From Phoronis australis (taxonomy: Eukaryota; Animalia; Phoronida): 64,000 nt of DNA. The stretch covers positions 490,627-554,626 of the forward strand of contig NMRA01000133.1 of the NCBI GenBank assembly GCA_002633005.1. Reading direction: 5' to 3'. Below the pieces are notes generated by a model that was given only the letters and a program-made list of their open reading frames with translations, was not told where the DNA came from and searched no databases. Numbering within the stretch: the stretch's first letter is position 1; every line of letters starts with the position of its first letter. This document shows positions 13,501-25,500 of the stretch, one piece after another. The translations under genes were made by a program, and so were the position numbers.

Positions 13501-16500
13501 TCCAACAGTAAAAACAAGAGTAAAATGATCAACACCATGTGCGAAGACAGTTGTCAAAAATGACTGGTGCTGAACTTACGTACTTTAACCATTTACCTTT
13601 AAGTGAAACTCAGTTAAAATCTGATACGTGATTTGAAAGATAATCAGCAGCTATGAAATGCTAACTCAAAACCAAACATGGGTAACAGGAAGTACTAAAT
13701 ACTGGATCTACCTGAACATAGCTATGGAATGCGTCAAGTATACTAACTATGTCAAGACATTATGTTAAGACACTTACACACTGAGTTACCCACAGACAAC
13801 AACTAACAGGATGAAATGGGTTACAGGAACTGTTTAGTCAGACCTGTGTGAAAGCTGGCTGATGGTGGCACATCCCTACCATAATCTTTGTGTTGAGGAA
13901 ATGAATAGATTTGGAAATATTGTCAAAACTTAACTACAGAGCACCATATGCACTATTCTCCACACTGCAGGAAGGTACTGTTCTTAAAATATTTTACTTT
14001 TTCACATCTTCACTATTATTTATGAAATTTTTATCTCAAAGGTGGTAAAAATAAATGTGAAATAATCTATATGAAACGGAACAACTCGGTTGCCGCACTC
14101 AAATATGTACCTAAAGTACATTATTTTTTTTGTATATAATAAATTAAGTCCAAAAAATCTGAATACTTCTTATACAAGAGCAATGTGTAGCATTGAAATG
14201 CGCCCACAACTGCAGTGCAAACAGTGTGCATCAAAGGGTGTTTATTAGAATAAAAACAGTCCACTAGATAATACAGAATACGGAAGGTGTCATTGTCTCT
14301 CGAATAGAAAGGTATTTGCTAAATATCATCAAAGACAGAGACGAACACGAAAAAAATGTCTTTAGGTGGCGAAGTTGGAGTCCAAATGGTTTCTAGGTGT
14401 CACAAAATTGCTTTTAAGCACTTTGAGAGATAACCACAAAAATGGACAACGGAACAAGTGAGATTTTGATCATATGTCCACAAAAACGTGTGGGCACATA
14501 ACACACCATTGCGCAATGTAAACGTTGTTCTGTTCCACTGAATTACACAGCAGACAAAACAGTTTACAAAATACTACAAATTAAAAACTTCTGATCAAAA
14601 ACACCATCTGTTATATATCACTAATTAGAAAAGGCTTACATCGGAGGCCAAGCTTGTTTTAAGCTACGAAGCAGCATAAATATATTCCAATGATAAGTTT
14701 CAGCATGATCACCAAAAACATGTGTTGCACAGACACATGTACAAAATAAAAGCAGTACGGCTAGAAACAGGATGAAGAAACAGGATGGAAATATGGAATG
14801 ACAAAATGCGTCGCTGATGAGAGAGACTCAATAGGAATGCATTATTGCAAACTGTTAACATAAACTTTAATTTAATGGTCGTGTTAAATACTTTAATATC
14901 TAAAGAAAAATGTACATGGCTATCAAACTAAGACACTCCATCGCTAGACTCCTATCTCTTGTTAAGACCTACTGAACAAAGCTTTCAACTATTGATTTTG
15001 TCTTCAGGCCCTTGGCAGTCAATGGCAGGGAGTAAATTTATTAGAACTATCTATCACCAACAGCTAAAACCAGAGTCTATTCTCTCAATAAACTGAAACT
15101 CACACACCAAAAAATTTTCATTTAATGAAAAGGGTTTTAGTCGCAGCCTAATATTTTAGACAATGCCCCTACCGTTGGAAATCGGGAATTTTTTCTGCAA
15201 TCTCTGTTGCCAAAGTTGCACGTTCAAGCCTTTTAACAAGGCAGCAGGGCAAAGGCAGTAAACAAGTAGTTTTGCCAACTTACTCGGAGTCACACTCGGC
15301 CACCGTACCTTTGTACTGTGCGGTTGTGAAGAGAGAGATATCAGCAAACTGGCGAACTGGATTAAGAAGAGAAACCAACAGTTTAAACGTACATGACAAC
15401 AAGCAGTAACCACATGACCCCTGTGTCCCCCTGCAAACTGTCCCGCCTCCGTGATACATCGGGCCAACACATCACTCCCACGTACAGAGGGCTCACAGAG
15501 AGGGAGAAAAGATTTAACCGCAGTTTATTCTCACAAGTCTGTGTTGAGCTGTAGCGTGTAGAGTTCATGCATACAACATGTCTTTTTGTGGAGATGTACA
15601 GTAATAAAGGCTCCCTAATTTCCTGTTACGCAATCCACGATTTCCAAGCAAACTTGATTTATAATTGCAGAGAAATATATTAAGTTAATGGGCTTCAAAA
15701 TAAGGATGTGGTTTCAAATGGAAACCTATTATTCCTTCTATCAAATTTGCGAGAATGTCACCATTATTCTGCAAACAGGAATTTACGCAGTACTTGGAAA
15801 CTAGGGAGAGTTTGCAGAGAAACAATACAAGGAACCCAGACACCGTGACAAGAGACATGGCAACCAGAGCATGCTGAGAACCAGTGAACTGTATACAGCC
15901 AGCACATACTCCACTGAACATATACACAAGGCAAGCAGGAGAAGGGGTAGTCTACCCACAGGCCACTAGTACTCTACCCCTGACAACAGAGGGCATGTGT
16001 GGTCAGTGACACTTACTCAGATTCCCTCTCCTCCACCGGGCACTTGTAGGTGGCGCTACTAAACAGTATGATGTCGGCTGCCTGGATGACTAATAAAGGG
16101 CCAATGGTTGGTAAAGATTTCATTGGAAAACAGCAGGCACAGCACAGGTATAACTATTGGCAGTTCCAAGCAACACCACGTGAATATGTATCAATACACT
16201 ACAAACCATGTCATGGTTACATACAAACATTGTCATGGTTACACAAAATGTTGAGACTGCTATAGGGTAACGCACTTCAGAAAGTGAAAACTGGACACAT
16301 TCACAGTTAAGGAGAAAAATAATGCAGTGGAGAGACTAAAAGTATTCTGGCCAAATCACAAAAGAGATGGGCGCTATCTCCAGGGCATTCTTCTTACTAT
16401 GCTTGTTCCCACAAACAGGATTCTTTGTTTGCAATATAAAAATGCTGTGAGAGAAAAAAATGTTGGTGGTTCTTGAGAAAAAGCACTTGTCCGCCATGTA

Positions 16501-19500
16501 GTGAAATGGAAACTATCAAGGAGAACACGCGCGTGGTTAGTGGAGGAAAAAAATTGATTACACTGAAATCTGGCCATTATATTACATGGCTTGTCCAATA
16601 CTGTTTTCGGGGTGGCTATAACATCTGATCAATGTCCATGGTATTTTACAAAGTCTGACCTATGGTCTTAGAAGTTCAGCCACAGAATTTATAAGCCAAC
16701 CCAATGAACTGTTTTTCAAACATGGCAGTGCATCATGTGATAATTTGAACATTGCCAATTGGCTGATACGAGTTGATAATCTTCGTGCTGAACAGTCACA
16801 CATTTCAAGTAACGGGGAATTATGAGGCACTCCAACACAGTGATTGTAATAATACGACCATTGGAGAGGTATCAACCCGTCACCACATTGAATTAAGAAA
16901 AATCGGGAGGGCTGCCAACCTATTTGACACAATTTAACCTCCACGCTAAAAATCTGCATTTTGCAAGTGAAAATGAGTGTGAAATCTAATATTTTTTGAA
17001 ACTTTTAAATTTCATTCATAACATAATATTCCCAAAACAAGAAAGCTCAGTTTCAAATTGCCTTCAACTAAAAGGGGTCATTACAAACCAGGCTCATCAC
17101 ATCAATGTTTTGCAGTTGGCATGGTCAGGCACAGTGGACCATAGCAGAGCAAATCGCGATATCCCGTGATCCACACCAATGTTGTCAGCCATGACATGCA
17201 GCGAATTCTTTTGAATGCTTTCTACGAGTAATCTAATTCCTAGGGGTGTTTATCTCCAAATATCAGCTCTCGGCATTCTGACATGACTTTTGTAACAGAT
17301 GACATCCCACAATGCACGGCTATTAAGTGACGTTTTCATTCACAAACTTTAACTGCCCAATCACGAAAGAGAAAGCCCAAAATGCAAATTACTTTCACAC
17401 TCTCTCGTACTCAGTACAAATTTTATAGGTGGGATTTCGCGCTCTTGATCTTGAATATTTTCGTCATCTACTGGATTTTTCTGCATCATTCTTTGCTGCT
17501 CTCATACTTCAAAATATTGACACATTTAAAAATATCTTTAATTTTTAGCCGATAGTCTGAGTCAAGAAAATTTCAAAAACACGCATGTAGCATCTTAAGA
17601 CCACACAAGTGCAGAGAGTCCTGGTCAATCTATAACAGTTGGCAGCCCTGATTTGATATAAAGTAAATACATTTATAAGAAAGTCAGGAAATGAGAGCAA
17701 AATGCAACTTCTGAAGGGAAAATAGGTTGATGGGATATTTTCGCAAATACCAAAACTTCAAATGCCTTTGATGACTGGAGAAGACAACAAGAAACTGTAG
17801 TGATGGCTCACAACATATGTTGTGGAGTTGTATTCGTATTTCACAGCATTGGTTCTAGAGGTGTCTATTTTGTCAGTTATCACACAGGGACACTAAAGCA
17901 TCCTGTAAACAAGGAACTACCACGTCTATGCAGTTTTTAACTTACTGTCACTATTTGCTGCAGGATAGCATAGCACAGGCACAATACATTGTACGTCCAC
18001 CAAACACAGCTACTTGTTGGCTGACTTCTCAATGTGACATCATGGTGTTCAGTACTGAAAACTGTTGTAAGCAACCTCATTTCCTCCACCAGTAATTTTG
18101 CTTCAATGGTCTCCAGTCATCGTAAGTCATTTAAATCCAGGATTTGCCCAAAAGAACCGTACTTCTTGTTTTCATTCGTCCATAAAATGTAAACAACTTC
18201 CTGACCACCCGAAAACGGACACCAAAGTCAAATTAAAATTCACAGCAGCTACACTTTCCAAAAGTATTTAAATGAGATCCTGATAAATAATACACAACAC
18301 ATACGATATAACCGCACCACAGGTAAATACCGCTACCTATCAACATACCTGATATCTTGATTTTTTTAATGGTTTTAGTTGTGTTGTTGTCCACTGTCAC
18401 ATTCACGTTTATCTTTTCTCCATGGTAGTATTTCTGCAGTTACAACAGATGGAGGTGAATAACAAAGCATTACAACGTTAAATAATGCAAAGTGAGGCTG
18501 GTCATGAATTTCCAAGAAAATGATGGAACACTAATTACTAAACAATTAACAGAACGGTAGAGCTCTCAGCTCAGTAATTATGCACTAATTAAGCATTTTA
18601 ATACTATGAACCACTCAAGGATACAGTCAAGGTGTACCAGAAACACGAGAACACTTTCTGTCGAAAAACCAATGGCAGTCAAAATGCACCTAGTTTAGAC
18701 AGTCAAATGCAAGTTGATAACATTTTGCTGCAGACCTGCTGACACTCGCCACACCAAGTTGCAATTTTGTAACCTGAAGTTACCCATCAACTTTTTCATG
18801 ATTTTCATTGAGCTTCGTGATTTCTGAGGTTTTTCATGATGAGCAAGCAGCATGTAGGCTCAGTCAAGCTTCAGTCAGTCCACAATACAATGTGAAAAGG
18901 GCCATTTTGAGAAACCATACAAATCATATGAACCATTCCTTACCTCCTTGTCTAGAGAGGCCTCCAGTTTCAGCTTGCCAGGGCTCATCATGAACTCCTT
19001 GGTGGCCTCCGACATGGGTTGGGGTGCTGCTTCTGTGGGGGCATAGGTCAGCTTACGAATGGCCAGGCGCACAGAGTTCCTAACAGAGAAAGACAAAGAC
19101 GAGCCTCAAATCATATATGCATGCACGCCTGTTACATTCAAGGGCCAGATGTTACCAAGAAAATTCAGAATGACAAAATAGATATAAACACAAAACGTAT
19201 GGAGAGTGTTGTAGATGAAGTAATATCCCACGAGACATTCTGTGTATCGACCGAGATCTCATACGTGGAATAATGTTGACCTGGATATAACTTCATCTAC
19301 GCCATTCGAGGTACGTTTTGTATTTGTCCCATACGCTTCAAATTCTGAAGTTTCTTTCATTTTTTCTCCAAATTTTTAAATAGCTCACCCTGACTGTTCA
19401 CATGGCGGATCACATCCTATATGTATGTACTTGCACGTTATGATACAAGTTTTCTCTAGTAAAAGAAAGAGTTTCAAATGTAACGATTAATTACTTGAAA

Positions 19501-22500
19501 AGAGATAACAAAGACGACGGTAATTGTGCATTGAACTTGTAACATTTCCTGCAAAATAATTAAATATCAGCAGTATTTAACATTGCGTTACCGAGGAATC
19601 GGCACCTGACATTTAAATATTTAGCAAATATGATAAAGAAGTGTCATTAACAGTTTTTACCAGATGTTATGTTTGAGAAATGATTGCATACTGAGTGTTA
19701 TTTATACTGCTGCAATTTTATTACTTTGAACTATTGAACTATGTTGAGAAAGTTTGATGATCGAGTCGGCTACGGATGTTGAGTTAACATTGAAGTACTT
19801 TTTGAACTTTCCATGTCAAGAGGTCACAATTAAACTAGTCAAAGTAGTGCACTGGGGAAAACAATATCGCATGACCGTATCGCATTCGACTTATTCAACG
19901 CGTATGGGATAAGAAAGGTAATCCAGCTACCCAGTTCTAACTGTTAATATCATTTTTATTAGCATGTTTCTCATATGTCTATTCACCTGTTCAGTCACTT
20001 TAACACAACGTGTTCCTGCTCCCTGTCATCAGCAGGTTGGCAGATTAATATCCTCAACAAAGAGGAAGCTAGTACAGATACTCTTCGATGCTTTTCTCAC
20101 TGACATTGAAACTACTTAATTTTCAGTAACTGGAAACCAGTGTTGATATTAGACCTGCGTGCTGACGCACACAGCTGTAACACAGTTTCTCAATTGTTTT
20201 GATGCATAGCGCTTGTNTTCCAAAAGTCCGTAAAGAGTCTATCCAAATATCTAACGCGGCTAGTCATGGCGTCGCGTTGAAGCGTAAAATCAGGATCTGT
20301 AATTTCATCAATCTCTACAAACTGTCGAGGTAAAGTTGACGTTATACGTCCATGGATGAGGTGTGATGGAGTGAGTGGTACTGGATCCTTGTATTTAAGG
20401 TCAGCTAATTCAAAGGCACTTCACTTCAAACGTGACGGTTAAAATAATATATTTTAAATACCCATGCATCAACATTGTTGAAAAACGTTGTTTTGGTTCC
20501 ACGTTTTGGGGTGAAACGCTTCATTTTTTGGTTTATTTAATACACCACCTTAGCGTTCTAAATTACATGTTGTGATAAAACCATGCGCAGAATACAGTTC
20601 ATTGTTTACTGAAACACTAAGATTCATTCTTGCCAATTTATTCCAGTTTGAAGTTTGTGATTTGACCTTATTAGCATTGTGTGGAGGTTTGACTACCAGG
20701 CACAGTTGAGATCGCAAACTTTCGCAATGGCACAATTTATCGTAATCCTCAAATTGCGAGTCAGTGGGGACTTCTGCAGCACAATATTCTATCATACTGC
20801 CAAAGTCTGTAAGGCCTTGAAGTACAAATCTTTGTGGTCTTGGGGTATTGATAGTTCTACTCCCAACGGCTGAGGGTGTGGGGAAACTGGCGCAACCAGA
20901 GGGACAAGGATAATTGAGACAAGTGTGAAGGTTGACAGAATGACGAGCAAATTGGCGGAAACTGCCATGTTGGAAGAACTTTTCAGTGAAAAGAATTTCA
21001 ATGCATCAACAAAAATTATACCAGTTTGTGCTTCAAAGGCATTACTAAACTGTAACAGTTTGAGGGTTAAGACAATTTGTACAATTACATCAACCAAAAA
21101 CTGTCACAACAAAAAATTACAAACAGTCTGTGTTTCAAAGTCATTTTGGGCTTGGAGGCGATAACTTGTCTTCATATTGCCATAGAACTTTACAAATCAA
21201 AGGTGTGCTTCACAAACAACAGGTCTTTTGAAATTGATGTGCAAGGTCAGTAAAAGTAGTTCTTTGTGATCTGTACTCTGTAAGTAAACACAGTTTAACA
21301 AAGGGTTTATGATCCTGGCGGAGGAGATAACTGTTTTATTAACCCTCTAGGTTTTGAATAGCCAAGCCTGGAATGGCTCTGTCAAAACTGTTCTAATGAG
21401 AAATTGACAACAGTCTGTGGTCTTAAAATGCAGTAATAATATATGTGTAGTCAGCACCATCTGTACACAGTTGTCAGAATGTATGTGATGTCTTACCTTT
21501 TGTGAGGCTTATTCAACTCATCAGGTACATAAGTCTTCAACTCATAATCCACTCCACATGGCTGTAAACACAATTAAGTAGTTTAGTTAACTTGTCTCAA
21601 TAGTTTTATAAATTGCAGAAGCGCGACTGAAACACGACTGTACTTTCTGTTTGATATACTCTCGCTCCTACTCTCTTTACCATTTTCTGGTGTTTACCGC
21701 CCACTGGCTCTCTTCCGCTGCTTGTGGGCTTCTTAGCGTGCGTAACATTCACACCCTCTGTTTGTATGCCCTACTGTCACTGTTTATTTCACTTCAATCG
21801 TGTTCACTTTACCAAGTGCCAGATGATCAAACACAGAAATATAGCTACAGTAAAAATTTCTGAATTTGGGACAAAAATAATTTCTAAAATTGACATTAAA
21901 AACCAGACGATTGCCGCACAAATAAAAAAGTTCAAGTTCAACCAACGTTTCGTCTATTCATTAGACATCATCAAGATCATATTTAAAAAGGACAGCAAAT
22001 GCCAACATACAGCTCAGGTAACATCCATAGAGTGAAGTGAGAGATACATAGAATATAGTCAGTAGCTGGTCATCCCAATAGTTGCAGGGTCACTGAGCTC
22101 TGCATGTTGTTCAGAGAATCAGTAGCATGCTGGTTCTGAATGGCCAATGACTCTTTAATGTACAATAATTCTTTATTAGATTCTCTGCAGATGAACTTTT
22201 ATTTGTGCGGCGATCATCCGGTTTTTAATCTTACTGTGGCCAAAAACTGATTTTAATTAAAATGAACATATTTCCAGTCTGCCATATCATTGTAAATGGT
22301 CAAAATTTTACCAAATGTTATTTGGTAATAACCACGCCAAACACATCGGCCAAAAGCAAAGTAAATTTCCTGACAACTTATTGCTGTAGTTGAGAAACTC
22401 GACAAAATTAATTTTCACGGTCTACCATATTGTGTCCTAAGATATTTCAACTTGCTTGTTTGTAATGTCTATTGGCAATCTATTTCAGAATGCACACCGG

Positions 22501-25500
22501 AAAACTGGGAACCGTACAGAGAATATATAAGTGAGTGTACATCACGCTGTCCAACACGAAGTGCAGTCGTGTTTTCAATCACGTTTGTACTACTGAATGG
22601 CTGGAACCTAACTATAGAAGTCACAGACAGCAAGAGTCTCAACAGCACACTGTCATTATTCTAAAACTGTTTTCACTGTCATTGGATACCTTTGTTACCA
22701 CCTCTAAAGTGTACTTACCCCTACTATTCATATCACCACCAATAAACCCGGCCCCATCGATTAACAAACTTTTGATTCAGATCACTTACAGCTATAAAAT
22801 TGGTACTACCTTGTTCCTTACTCGTACTAGAGGCAAAGTGGGGAAGTGCTAACAATTCTATTATTGGTCAAGATCACGCACGATATGTTGAATTGTCACG
22901 GCGTGTCACTGCGCGACGAACATGGTCTCACGCACTACCCAACTGTCTGTTCTTCAATATCCCAAAAATCATTCCACATTTGACTATGAAAAAATTTTAA
23001 GATGGAAAATGGCCTTAAACTAAAGTTATTTTTGACGACAGAAAGGCGTGTTCATTAACCCATGAATTTCTCTCCACTTAGATCTTGTAAACTGTGGATA
23101 AGTCAAGATAAATGCTTGGCTTAACAAAGGCATTTCTACAGACTATTTCAAGGGACAAACACAATGCCTGACTGGACATAACAAGTCCCTTGTTACAGTT
23201 ATTGTGTTTACTCTGTGAAATGAAACAGAGAAACAACTGATTCCCCTTCACTAACCATGGTCGCCCTGACATAATGCTTTCTAGCACTTTCTGGAGTTAA
23301 CTCTTAATTGTTGTAGATTGTACACCAATGATGACTACAATAATCTGGCGAAACTAGGGCACCTGTGTTTACACTTGAACTCTGTCAGTCCATTACACAT
23401 CCAATGATCATATACCTGACACTGGTAATGAAGCGTTCTATTGATATGCTGGCCAGACGTTTATCTTATTGCCATCACCAATTTTTGTGTCTTGCTGATG
23501 AACAAGGTATCTATTACCATTCAAATGCCTTGTGGGTAATGTTTATAAGAAAGCAGATGTGTTTGATCAGAAGACAGGACATCTGATCAGAAAAAGACCA
23601 GTTGCTTAAAACAAACAGATGTTCCATCTGCCATCTTATGAGTAATTACCAAAGCACATATGTGCAAAATGGGTAACTTGCTAGCCAATCGAGTCATTGC
23701 AATGTAGGCTTGTCATAGTAAGCAGGTAGATCTGTCATCTTGAGGTCAGATGTCATGGAGACAGAACAGACTTCAGATGAGCATTTACAAGTGAATTTAG
23801 ACAGCAAATGAGACATCTGATCTGCCTTCTTTCTGATCAGACGGCATGTAAACATGGTATCAGCAATGTTAAAACTGTTGAAGCTGAGTATAACAAAACA
23901 AGAACACGTGACACCTGCAGTAGTAAGGAAATTGTCCACCTTTGTGAAGTCCTTGTACATTTCATCTAATAACTTTTCAACTGTTCGTTTTCCACTCGTA
24001 CAAATATATATCTTCTGAATCCACGATGACTGAAATTTTTTGAGCAATTTAAATCTAACTGGCTATCAGGTTTAAAAGTGAGGCAAGACAGCTAGGAAAA
24101 GTGTGATTCAGTTTAGTGCGCAATTCACTTGGTGTAAAACCTCTCTGCCTATAAACAGTCCACGCAGTGCCACTCACCTTGCCAGTGTCCCCTGGTGCTG
24201 GCTGAAGTGTGACAGAGGCTGGTGAGTTAGGGGGTAACTGAAACCATTTAAAGAACACACCCATGACAACATTTATATTCCATTTCTCCTGATCTGAATG
24301 ACTTGAGGGCCCTCTTGGAAAGCAGTGCTATCACTGAAGAGGTCACCCTCATTTTAAATATCACAATAACAAATAAATAAATAAATAAATAAACTTTCAA
24401 TCATTATTTATACTAGTGTTGAGTAACTAAATGCGTAATGCTTCGCCTTGTTTGTGAATTTCATATAACTGTAATACCATACTTAAGTTGCCAAGAGTCA
24501 TTTCTGGAATTATTCGGTTTACACTTTTCAGATCCTCCCCAAAATGAAAGGAAACGGACGTTTCATAGTCTCTGATAACGTGGAGTAAAGGAACGCAGAG
24601 TGTGATCTGAAACACATGCAAATCTCCAAATCAACAATGTCTCTGAGTAAGCGAAATCCATTTTCCCCACCCGGAATCAGTCAAATTTTATCACAATTCT
24701 TAACAGGTGCGTCGTCTCACCTGGAAAAAGAAAGGATAAGCATTGGGTCCAAGCTTCTTGATGAGTCGCTCCTGAAGTCGGGTCAAAGGTCGCTTGTTTT
24801 CCTCCTCCACTGGGTAAACCTGCATCGAGGCCAGGAACAAGTCCTTCCTGAAGGTAAGGCCGAGAACATCCAGGTCCTCACGGCCGTAGCGGAACGCGGC
24901 CAGCACATGGGCAAACACCTTGCGACCTTTCAGGTATTCAGGGTCAGCTAAGACCACGCCATCTGGAATCACAGCAGGAGTCTCTGTTATATGTCTAGTT
25001 TAAATCATTCCAAAAGTTCAGAATTAAAAGATTTTAGGCTTCTACTGAATCAATGATTAATAAACCATTAAGCCATTTTGAAAGTAATTAACTGAAAAGG
25101 AATACCTTATGGAAATGGAAATAGCCATTAGGGTGTGCAAAGGTAATACTTATTTGAGTTCTTCACAAACTCTGCAGAGAACTACTGCTTCTTACCACCC
25201 ACAACCACAACACAGTCTCGCCTTTCATAAAAAACAACACACTTTGAAAATAATTGGCAGACAATGAAAACTTTGTTGAAACTAAGGCGCATGAGATCGA
25301 CAGATAAAATTAGTTAGTGTCAACCATACTTACCCCATGCCTTGGTGTTAAATTTCACAATCATGTCAAGACATGTCCAAAAGTATTATTATACAAAGGG
25401 AATTTGTCAAGAAGTAAAATAGCTCACTGGGGTGTCCAAGTAGTTGAGTGAATCTGAAAATCCCAGTTTTATCAAACGTGTGGTCGCTAAAATGTTTGTT

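Noticed and set aside
17946-18020. Third copy of exon 9
   Set aside because: Has an AG and a GTAAGT on the minus strand, but is 75 nt with no arrestin similarity.
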